DNA from: an uncultured Rikenella sp.
GTDB lineage: Bacteria; Bacteroidota; Bacteroidia; Bacteroidales; VadinHA17
Assembly (NCBI GenBank): GCA_964455705.1
Contig: CAYVYM010000004.1
Location: forward strand, 2,769-66,768
Direction: 5' to 3'
Length of the DNA: 64,000 bases
In this document: piece after piece, positions 54,541-62,873 of the stretch
Layout: each line of letters begins with the position of its first letter
Numbering within the stretch: position 1 is the first letter of the stretch
Made by a program: the position numbers and the translations under genes
Notes under the pieces: generated by a model
The model's database searches: none
Told to the model about the DNA's origin: nothing
The model's input: the letters and a program-made list of their open reading frames with translations, nothing else

Positions 54541-55823
54541 GGGCACCTGGTATGATAACACCGCCCGAAATCATCACACCCTCGCCGGGTGACACTTCAC
54601 TCCCTGAAATGACGAGACTGGGGAACGAGATACCTGTCTATCTGCTTGGCAACGGGGTTGTGGATCTTCTCAGGATCGAGTTTGTTTTTAATGCCGGGCA
54701 GCTCGTGGAGAAGGTACAACTGGCTGCCTCAGCAACAAATGCCATGCTCACCGAAGGTACCACCATGCATGACGCAGCCTCACTCAATGACCTGATTGAC
54801 TGCACAGGTGCCATTTTCAACCATACGGCTGACAAGGACAGCGCCGGGCTGGTGGTGATCACACTGACAAAAAAACTTGAGGAGGTGATGAACCTGGCAG
54901 AGGAGTTGCTCTTTCATCCCTCATTCCCTGAAAAGGAATTCAGGATGATAAAGGATAAACGGCTGCAAACCTTCCTTACCGGCAGACATAAGACCTCTGT
55001 GATAGCAAGAGAGGTTTTCTACCAGGCCCTCTGCGGTGAGAGAACACCCTACGGCCGTATCACCACTGCCGGTGACTACACCGCTCTGACTACTGCAGAC
55101 ATCAGGACGTTTCACTCTCAGCACTATACTCCTGACAACATGTACATAACTGTTGCGGGCCGTAACCCGGAACAGGCCGTTCCGGTGCTTGAGAGACACT
55201 TCTCAGGAGATGCCACCGTAAAGTGGCATAAACCTGTAATACCCCTGTTGCAGTTTGAAACTGCCAGCCCGGGAAGGATTTTCATGGAGGTAGGCAACTC
55301 AGTCCAGAGTACGGTGAGGATTGGATGGAAGGGGATCAAACGTGATCACCCTGATTACCAGGCACTGCAGGTGGCTACGATGATACTGGGTGGATACTTC
55401 GGGTCACGTCTTATGCGCAACATACGCGAGGAAAAGGGTTATACTTACGGGATCCATGCCGTTTCAGGGGCCTTTCACGATATCGGTTACATCACAATAA
55501 TGACTGATGTGGCAAACAACTACCGTGAAGAGACGCTCATGGAGATCAGGAAGGAGATAAACAGCCTCAGGGAGAAGGAACCCGGTGATGATGAGATGGC
55601 ACTTGTGAGAAATCATCTGATGGGTGAGCTCGCCCGGATGTTTGACGGACCATTTGTTGTGGCTGAAGCAATCAGGGGAGTAATAGACTATGACTGCGGA
55701 GCTGATTATTACACCCGTTTTGCCGATACCGTGAGAACCATATCGCCTGGCAAAATAAAAGAACTATTCAATACGTATTTTAATATCGGTGATGCATTTG
55801 AGATAATCGCCGGGGCAAAATGA
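54537..55823 (+). CDS. M16 family peptidase-like protein lacking the HxxEH motif (non-catalytic partner)
   Basis: Length and architecture are collinear with M16 proteins, but the N-terminal lobe has no HxxEH. Its start overlaps the upstream stop (ATGA). Confidence 0.75.
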   Translation: MRAPGMITPPEIITPSPGDTSLPEMTRLGNEIPVYLLGNGVVDLLRIEFVFNAGQLVEKVQLAASATNAMLTEGTTMHDAASLNDLIDCTGAIFNHTADKDSAGLVVITLTKKLEEVMNLAEELLFHPSFPEKEFRMIKDKRLQTFLTGRHKTSVIAREVFYQALCGERTPYGRITTAGDYTALTTADIRTFHSQHYTPDNMYITVAGRNPEQAVPVLERHFSGDATVKWHKPVIPLLQFETASPGRIFMEVGNSVQSTVRIGWKGIKRDHPDYQALQVATMILGGYFGSRLMRNIREEKGYTYGIHAVSGAFHDIGYITIMTDVANNYREETLMEIRKEINSLREKEPGDDEMALVRNHLMGELARMFDGPFVVAEAIRGVIDYDCGADYYTRFADTVRTISPGKIKELFNTYFNIGDAFEIIAGAK

Positions 55824-57283
55824 AATCAGCCAGGGTCATAGCAATGTCACTGCTTTATATTGTTCTCATGCCATGCCTTGCAGGCCAGGACGAGACGCAG
55901 CCCTATTCCCCGCAGCTTGACATGGTAACAGTAGACCCCCTCACAGGTTTTGCAACTGTTGAATGGCTCCTGTCAGCCTCAACGGATGTAGCGAGTTACG
56001 TTGTATATACATTCAGCGACGGTACGGCCAGTCCAATTGACACAGTGAGATCACCGTACGAAACCATGTACACTCATACGTCATCCGCGGCAAGGTATAT
56101 GAGAGTTACATATGTCGTTGCCGCGGTTGATTCCTCATTGAATATAAGTCCGCTCAGTAACAGCCTGAGTACCATTTTTCTATCTTCGGTCAATGATTCC
56201 TGCAACAGCACCATCAATCTTGCCTGGACCCCATATGACAATTCTTTCCACCCGGCCGGGAGTTATGAAGTAAGTGTGGCCATCGGCAGCGGACCGGCCA
56301 TACTGCATGAAACCCTTCCCTCCTCAGAGACAACATTTCTATTTTCTGACTATGACCCCGGTACTGAATATTGCTTTTTTATCACTGCCTCAAATGATGG
56401 CACAGGGCTCTCCTCCTCCAACAGGGAATGTGTGACCACAGGGAGTGAAACAGCTCCCTCCTTTATCAGTGTGGATGCCGTGGCAGTTGCCGGAAAGGCG
56501 CTGCAATTCCTTGTAAGTTATGATCAGGGGACCACAATGGATGATTTTGTCCTGTGGCAGTTTAATCCTGTCACCGCTTCGTGGGAGAATGCAGCCGGTG
56601 GCAGGGGGATAAACGGAGCTCTAAGCCTGTCGTACCCTGGAGCTGACACTGGCAGAGTGAATCTTTACCGGATCTCGATACTTAATAACTGCAATGTTAC
56701 CATGGCATCATCAGACAATATCAGAAACATGGTACTTGAATCAGCTGTTACCGGAACAGTAATAGCCCTTAGCTGGAACAATCCCTTTCCTGAGGGTGAA
56801 GCTCTTTTTTCAGTCTGGCGTGAGGCAGGGGGTGGCTGGATTGAGATGGCTTCACATCTCTCTGACACCACCTGGTCAGATGACTACTCACTTTTTGCAG
56901 ACGATGTCTCAGCTGCAGAGGTGGCTTACCAGGTTACAGCCACGGCACCAGATGCACCTGCCGGGGCACCTCTTCACCGCTCGTCTGTAACCACTCTGCC
57001 TGCTACACTTAATATCTTCATCCCCAACGCCTTTACACCTGAACGCGGAGGAGAGAACGCCTTCTTCAAGCCCGAGTTTTCATTCATCCCGATTACATAT
57101 GAGTTCAGGGTCTACTCCAGGGGTGGAGTCCTGCTCTTTCAGACCAGTGACTATGCAACCGGATGGGACGGACGCAGCAACGGAACAATTCAACCGGCAG
57201 GCGTTTACCTGTACAGCCTCAGGCTGACTACCCCTGCAGGCAGAGCAGAAGCAAGGAGTGGCACGGTAACCATACTTCCATAA
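55820..57283 (+). CDS. Secreted Fn3/Ig-like repeat protein with a T9SS type-B (gliding-motility-associated) C-terminal sorting domain
   Basis: Signal peptide present. The C-terminal pattern is IPNAFTPERGGENAFFKP...YEFRVYSRGGVLLFQT...GWDGRSNG...AGVYLYSL. Its start overlaps the upstream stop (ATGA). Confidence 0.8.
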   Translation: MKSARVIAMSLLYIVLMPCLAGQDETQPYSPQLDMVTVDPLTGFATVEWLLSASTDVASYVVYTFSDGTASPIDTVRSPYETMYTHTSSAARYMRVTYVVAAVDSSLNISPLSNSLSTIFLSSVNDSCNSTINLAWTPYDNSFHPAGSYEVSVAIGSGPAILHETLPSSETTFLFSDYDPGTEYCFFITASNDGTGLSSSNRECVTTGSETAPSFISVDAVAVAGKALQFLVSYDQGTTMDDFVLWQFNPVTASWENAAGGRGINGALSLSYPGADTGRVNLYRISILNNCNVTMASSDNIRNMVLESAVTGTVIALSWNNPFPEGEALFSVWREAGGGWIEMASHLSDTTWSDDYSLFADDVSAAEVAYQVTATAPDAPAGAPLHRSSVTTLPATLNIFIPNAFTPERGGENAFFKPEFSFIPITYEFRVYSRGGVLLFQTSDYATGWDGRSNGTIQPAGVYLYSLRLTTPAGRAEARSGTVTILP

Positions 57284-57312
57284 CCGGCACGGCATAAGTG
57301 TCCCGATTTTCT

Positions 57313-57320
57313 TATATTTG
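57313..57320 (+). promoter_or_regulatory. Bacteroidota -7 box, TATATTTG (perfect TAnnTTTG), upstream of the RSH gene
   Basis: It lies 24 nt upstream of the ATG at 57345. Confidence 0.45.
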
Positions 57321-57344
57321 CTCGTCCTTTGCAGGCAATCACTG

Positions 57345-59606
57345 ATGAGTAAAACGAAGACAAAAATATTCACTTCCGACGACGTAAGTCGAATTGAGTA
57401 TGAGTACAGCCTTCTCAGGGACAACCTGTACAGATGTGACAAGCCGGGAGACTTAGAGCTTATTGACAAGGCCTTCAGGTTTGCCAATGAGGCTCACCGT
57501 GACATGTACCGCAATTCAGGAGAGCCCTATATCATCCACCCTATCAATGTAGCCCGCATTGTAAACCAGGAGGTGGGGCTTGGTGCCCGGTCAGTAGCGG
57601 CAGCCCTGCTGCATGATGTCGTTGAGGACACTGGCATACCCCTTGAGGAGATAACGAAGGATTTCGGGCCGAAGATAGCCACTCTCATTGACGGGCTGAC
57701 AAAGATATCAGGCACATACAACAAGGAGACACATTCACTTCAGGCCGAAAACTTCCGCAAGATGCTAATGACCCTGTCTGATGACATCAGGGTCATTCTC
57801 ATCAAGATAGCTGACAGGCTTCACAACATGCGGACCCTTGACTCAATGCCTGAGCACAAGAGGATGAAGGTAGCTGGCGAGACCGTCTACCTCTATGCTC
57901 CGCTGGCACACCGCCTTGGACTGTTTGCCATCAAGACCGAGCTTGAGGATCTCAGCTTCAAGTTCAGGCATCCGCGAATATACGACGAGATTGCCCGGAA
58001 GGTCAAGATGGATGAGAAAAAGAACCTGGCACTCATCAACAGGTTCAGTCTGCCGATCATTGAAGAACTGAATGAAAACAACATCATCTTTGACATATCC
58101 GGGAGGTTTAAATCTATCTATTCGATATGGAAGAAGATGCAGTCAAAGAATATACCCTTTGAGGAGGTCTATGACCTGCTGGCTGTCAGGATAGTATTCG
58201 AACCCGGTCCCGAGATGAGTGAGAGGGCCCAGTGCTGGCAGATTTACTCACTGATCACAGACATTTACACTCCCAAACCCGACAGGCTGCGTGACTGGGT
58301 GAGCAGGCCGAAGTCTAATGGCTATGAGGCTCTGCACCTCACGGTGATGGGTCCGGAAGGGAGATGGGTGGAGGTACAGATACGAAGCCAGCGCATGGAT
58401 GACATCGCTGAACGGGGATTCGCTGCCCACTGGATATACAAGGGCGATACAACACAGTCTGAGAGCGAGCTCGACAAATGGCTGAAGCACATACGCGAAA
58501 TGCTTGCCAACCCGATGTCAGATCCGCTTACTTTCCTTGATGAATTCAAGATGAGCCTCTTCTCGTCGGAGATAATGGTCTTTACTCCTAAAGGCCTGCT
58601 TGTAAACCTTCCCAAAGGAGCTTCGGCGCTCGATTTTGCCTACGAGATACATACTGACATCGGCAACAAGGCTATCGGTGCAAAGGTCAACTACAAGCTC
58701 TCCCCTCTTTCAACCACTCTCCAGAGCGGCGACCAGGTGGAGATTATAACCTCAAACATCGCCAAGCCTGAGAAGGAGTGGCTTGAGTATGCACATACGG
58801 CAAAGGCAAAGACCGCCATCAAAGATGCACTCCGGGACGAATCTACTGACCGTATACAGAAGGGTATGGAGATGCTCGAGACCAGGCTGAGCGAACTTGG
58901 TATAGTGCCCAACTCGGACATTATCAAGAAACTGCTTGACAATTATGAACTCCTTAGCAAGGATGAGCTCTACTCACGCATCGGGCTTGGTCTCATCAAT
59001 CTTGACGAGCTTCGCAAGGTGCTCAGGAAGGCTCCTGAAGGCAGCCTGCGTAAATACTGGAAGCTGGCCATCGGAGGAGTGACCCGGAAGAGCCCCGGTG
59101 AAAAGGAGAGTCCTCCCATGGCAGGTACAATTGACAAGAGCCATCCCTACCTTCTGAGAGAGAATGTTGACAACACCGGGAACTCATATGTGATAGCCGG
59201 GTGCTGCAATCCCATTCCCGGAGATGAGGTGGTTGGTTATATTGACCCATCAAACTCCATCATCGTTCACAAACCCAAATGCCCGGCTGCCGTCAAGCTG
59301 ATGTCAAGTGAGGGTAACAGGATCATTCCCGTCAGGTGGACAATCCACAAGCTGGCTTCCTTCCTTGCAAGGATAAGCATTAACGGTATAGACAGGATTG
59401 GCCTCATAAACGAAGTGACAAGTGTTATATCCACCGAGCTTAATGTCAACATCCGCAATATCAACGTATCCGTTTACGACGGCATATTCGAGGGAACGAT
59501 AGACCTGTATGTGCACCATACGCGCGACCTCAATAACCTTATACTGCAGTTGTCAAACGTGAAGGGTATTGCAAGTGTCAAGAGGGTAGAAGAATTCATC
59601 GAATAA
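57345..59606 (+). CDS. relA: Bifunctional RelA/SpoT-homolog (p)ppGpp synthetase/hydrolase
   Basis: HD hydrolase motifs (HPINVA, LLHDVVEDT), synthetase motifs (GRFKSIYSIWKKM, YEALHLTV), then TGS and a C-terminal ACT-like domain. I prefer the ATG at 57345 over the TTG at 57318. Confidence 0.93.
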   Translation: MSKTKTKIFTSDDVSRIEYEYSLLRDNLYRCDKPGDLELIDKAFRFANEAHRDMYRNSGEPYIIHPINVARIVNQEVGLGARSVAAALLHDVVEDTGIPLEEITKDFGPKIATLIDGLTKISGTYNKETHSLQAENFRKMLMTLSDDIRVILIKIADRLHNMRTLDSMPEHKRMKVAGETVYLYAPLAHRLGLFAIKTELEDLSFKFRHPRIYDEIARKVKMDEKKNLALINRFSLPIIEELNENNIIFDISGRFKSIYSIWKKMQSKNIPFEEVYDLLAVRIVFEPGPEMSERAQCWQIYSLITDIYTPKPDRLRDWVSRPKSNGYEALHLTVMGPEGRWVEVQIRSQRMDDIAERGFAAHWIYKGDTTQSESELDKWLKHIREMLANPMSDPLTFLDEFKMSLFSSEIMVFTPKGLLVNLPKGASALDFAYEIHTDIGNKAIGAKVNYKLSPLSTTLQSGDQVEIITSNIAKPEKEWLEYAHTAKAKTAIKDALRDESTDRIQKGMEMLETRLSELGIVPNSDIIKKLLDNYELLSKDELYSRIGLGLINLDELRKVLRKAPEGSLRKYWKLAIGGVTRKSPGEKESPPMAGTIDKSHPYLLRENVDNTGNSYVIAGCCNPIPGDEVVGYIDPSNSIIVHKPKCPAAVKLMSSEGNRIIPVRWTIHKLASFLARISINGIDRIGLINEVTSVISTELNVNIRNINVSVYDGIFEGTIDLYVHHTRDLNNLILQLSNVKGIASVKRVEEFIE

Positions 59607-59637
59607 GAAATGTCTGACGTTTAAACTATATGGTACA

Positions 59638-60090
59638 ATGTCAAACGATGATTCCAGGTCGGTAGTAAAACAGGTTTTTACTGAATACCTTGGAGCAAGG
59701 TCTTTCAGGAAGACTCCTGAGCGGTTCGCCATTCTTGATGAGATTTACTCGCGTGACGGGCACTTTGACATCGATTCACTCTTCACTTTCATGAAGAACA
59801 AGAACTACCGTGTTTCGAGGGCCACTCTGTACAACACAATTGACCTGCTCCTCGACTGTAAGCTGGTTACCAGGCACAAATTCGGCCGCAACCAGGCACA
59901 GTATGAAAAGACCTACAGGGCAGGCCAGCATGATCATATTATCGATACAGAAACAGGCAGGGTGATAGAATTCAGCGATCCGAGAATAAATGACATAATA
60001 AAAAATGCATGTGAAGAGAACTCATTCGTTCTGCATCACTATGCACTTTATGTCTTCGGTATTCCGGAGAGGTCCGGAAGGAGTAAATAA
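59638..60090 (+). CDS. fur: Fur-family transcriptional regulator
   Basis: 150 aa. It has a winged-helix N-terminus (RVSRATLYNTIDLL) and the metal-site stretch QHDHIID. There are no CxxC pairs, as in many Bacteroidota Fur proteins. Confidence 0.8.
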   Translation: MSNDDSRSVVKQVFTEYLGARSFRKTPERFAILDEIYSRDGHFDIDSLFTFMKNKNYRVSRATLYNTIDLLLDCKLVTRHKFGRNQAQYEKTYRAGQHDHIIDTETGRVIEFSDPRINDIIKNACEENSFVLHHYALYVFGIPERSGRSK

Positions 60091-60118
60091 TGGACCGGAT
60101 CTCGCGGACCGGGGGATG

Positions 60119-60778
60119 TCAGAAAGCGTATCCGAAGGTGAAGCCTAGCGGAACGTTCACGGTAAACTTGTTAATGAGGTTCAGGTCGTCAAGCCACTGC
60201 TCCATTTCGCCATCCGGAGTTTCATAGGTTTTGTTCTTTACACCGAAACCCGAATAGATATCAAGGGCAAAGCCTCCCTTTGTAATTACCTGATACCCCA
60301 GGGCCACGTGGATGTTCATTTTACTGGCTGTCACATACTGGGTGTTGTCATGACTGTTCTTCATCTTTGCCCAGGCGTAGGAAAAATGCGGACCGATGTA
60401 GAATCCGGCGGGGGCATCATCACCTGTTATGAAAAACTTGTACCATAACTGACCGTGAAAACCACCCGACTTTACAGTGGTATCATTCTGGGTCTCCGCC
60501 ATGTCCTGAAAAGTCTTAATCAACGGACTTGTTCCAAGGTAACCCAAACCAATCTGTATCGACTGCTTTGACATCGTCTGAGCTTCGAAGGATAGCTTAT
60601 ATTCATTGGTTAGCGGAATTACCCAAAGGGCATACAGAGGCCCGCCCAGCACCGAGAGAGGATTGGTCTTAATTGTAAACCTGAAATCCTTGTCAGGCTC
60701 TGATCCCTGGGCAAATGTCTTGTTACCTGACACGATTACTACCAGGACTAATACCAGCAAACAGGTTAATTTCTTCAT
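60119..60778 (-). CDS. Small outer-membrane beta-barrel protein
   Basis: Signal peptide, an alternating hydrophobic beta-strand pattern and a terminal aromatic residue (...FTFGYAF). Confidence 0.65.
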   Translation of the reverse strand: MKKLTCLLVLVLVVIVSGNKTFAQGSEPDKDFRFTIKTNPLSVLGGPLYALWVIPLTNEYKLSFEAQTMSKQSIQIGLGYLGTSPLIKTFQDMAETQNDTTVKSGGFHGQLWYKFFITGDDAPAGFYIGPHFSYAWAKMKNSHDNTQYVTASKMNIHVALGYQVITKGGFALDIYSGFGVKNKTYETPDGEMEQWLDDLNLINKFTVNVPLGFTFGYAF

Positions 60779-60962
60779 TGCGCTTCTTTCTTAAGATTAG
60801 TATTCAATACAGATGTAACTTAAAAATCTATAATTTATTATATTTCAAAACCATTGAACCCGGTCTGCATTCTGTTGCCGGGCTTCCCGATAGACGATAC
60901 TCTATTTTTGTTAACAATCGGTTTTTTCCCGCCGGCAGGGAGTATTTTATTTTGTAAATTCG

Positions 60963-60984
60963 AACCTGATTATCTTATCAGGTT
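60963..60984 (+). promoter_or_regulatory. Perfect 8-bp inverted repeat (AACCTGAT-n6-ATCAGGTT) just upstream of purA
   Basis: 60963-60970 pairs with 60977-60984. It ends 11 nt before the purA ATG, so it could be a 5'-UTR hairpin or an operator. Confidence 0.3.
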
Positions 60985-60995
60985 TATTAACGATA

Positions 60996-62258
60996 ATGAA
61001 GATTGATATTTTACTGGGTCTCCAGTGGGGCGATGAGGGGAAGGGGAAGATAGTTGATGCCTTAACACCGGAGTATGATATTGTTGCGAGGTTCCAGGGC
61101 GGTCCCAATGCCGGACATACCATTGAGTTCAACGGGATGAAGCATGTGCTTCACCTCATCCCATCGGGTATATTTCATGAGGGCAAGACGAACATCATCG
61201 GCAACGGGCTTGTGATTGACCCGGTTGTTTTCCGCCATGAGGTTGAAAGCCTTGGCATTGATATTAACAGGGTACAGGAGCGGCTGCTTATTTCTTTGAA
61301 GGCCCATCTTATCCTGCCCACTCACAAGCTTCTTGACGCCGCTCATGAAGCTTCGCTGGGAGAATCAAAGATAGGGTCGACACTCAGGGGCATTGGACCT
61401 GCCTATACAGACAAGGCTTCGCGCGGCGGACTAAGAGTAGGTGATCTGTTCAGAAAAGAGTTCAGGGAGATATACCGGGTGCGCGCCGACGAACATCTCA
61501 GGATGCTCAGGGGCTATGGCCTGAGTAATGATCTGGAGAAGCTGGAGGATGAGTGGTTTGGGTCCGTGGAATTTCTCAGGCAGTTCACAACGGTCAATGC
61601 TGACTATCATATTGACATGAGCCTCAGGGAGGGCAGGCGTGTTCTGGCCGAGGGGGCTCAGGGGACGATGCTTGACATAGACTTCGGCACATATCCGTTT
61701 GTTACTTCGTCAAACACAGTTGCAGCGGGTGCCTGCACAGGCCTTGGCATTGCTCCTGCGCGCACGGGGGAGGTCTTCGGAATCTTCAAGGCATACTGCA
61801 CCAGGGTAGGCAGCGGCCCGTTCCCGACGGAGCTTGATGATGCCGACGGACAGATGATGCGTGACCGTGGTAATGAATACGGTTCCACGACTGGCAGACC
61901 CCGACGCTGCGGATGGCTTGACCTGCCGGCACTGAAATATGCCATCATGATCAACGGGGTGACACGTCTCTTCATGATGAAAGCCGACGTGCTCTCGGGG
62001 TTCAGCCAGATAAAGATATGCAGATCATATACCGTCGGAGGTGTGGAGGTGAGCGAACTGCCCTATTGCCTCAATGATATTGAATCTCTCAATTACCGGA
62101 TCATGCCCGGATGGCAGGGGGATATTTCGGGATACAGGAGCTGGGGCGAACTGCCCGCTGAGCTGAAAGACTATATCGAATATATTGAAAAGGAGACCGG
62201 TGTCCCTGTCACCATAGTCTCTGTCGGGCCTGACAGGTCGGCTACCATTTACAGGTAA
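60996..62258 (+). CDS. purA: Adenylosuccinate synthase
   Basis: P-loop GLQWGDEGKGKIVD, plus GGPNAGHT and the TTGRPRRCGWLD motif. Confidence 0.97.
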   Translation: MKIDILLGLQWGDEGKGKIVDALTPEYDIVARFQGGPNAGHTIEFNGMKHVLHLIPSGIFHEGKTNIIGNGLVIDPVVFRHEVESLGIDINRVQERLLISLKAHLILPTHKLLDAAHEASLGESKIGSTLRGIGPAYTDKASRGGLRVGDLFRKEFREIYRVRADEHLRMLRGYGLSNDLEKLEDEWFGSVEFLRQFTTVNADYHIDMSLREGRRVLAEGAQGTMLDIDFGTYPFVTSSNTVAAGACTGLGIAPARTGEVFGIFKAYCTRVGSGPFPTELDDADGQMMRDRGNEYGSTTGRPRRCGWLDLPALKYAIMINGVTRLFMMKADVLSGFSQIKICRSYTVGGVEVSELPYCLNDIESLNYRIMPGWQGDISGYRSWGELPAELKDYIEYIEKETGVPVTIVSVGPDRSATIYR

Positions 62259-62261
62259 GGA

Positions 62262-62729
62262 TCACTCCTTCCTGTACACCCAGGCTTCGCCGTTTAAATT
62301 ATCCTGGATAGTGCCGAGAGCATTCCAAGCGGCATGCAGGTCAGGGAATGATTTTGCTGAGACAAGCTGCCACCTCCCGCCGTTCATGTCCACTAAGGTG
62401 GCATCATAGCCCAATCCCTTTATATGCCCAAGCCATTCGTCAGCATAAGCAGGAGTCAGAAAACTGCCGACAATGATATGATAGCCTGATGCTGCACGTG
62501 ATACTTGCTCGGTCACAACGGCAATCTCAGCCTGCCTGGCTCGCTCCGCCTCAGCCTGTATCTCGTTGGCAACGCGGATTGAGTCGGCAACCCGAAATGC
62601 CTCCTGCTGCTGCCTCAGGGCTTCAGCCTCCCTCGCCTTCTTTCCGAAAGGATTGATGCTTTTCATAAAATCACATGAAGGGGTTAGCAGCAATATCCCC
62701 GCGAGCAGCACTAAGGATAGTTTCTTCAT
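62262..62729 (-). CDS. SPOR domain-containing lipoprotein
   Basis: Lipobox LLTPSC, a charged linker and a C-terminal SPOR-like fold (YHIIVGSFLTPAYADEW...WQLVSAKSFPDLHAA). Confidence 0.75.
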   Translation of the reverse strand: MKKLSLVLLAGILLLTPSCDFMKSINPFGKKAREAEALRQQQEAFRVADSIRVANEIQAEAERARQAEIAVVTEQVSRAASGYHIIVGSFLTPAYADEWLGHIKGLGYDATLVDMNGGRWQLVSAKSFPDLHAAWNALGTIQDNLNGEAWVYRKE

Positions 62730-62873
62730 AAATGACAGTTTTTCATGATTATTAAGGATAAAGGTATGGATTAAAGCTCAAAAATGCAATGAAAATTCAT
62801 GAAACCTGGCGGGACTCTCTAATTCTTTTCTATATTAGATCGCGATTACCAGAACCACCTAATCCAGTTTCAA

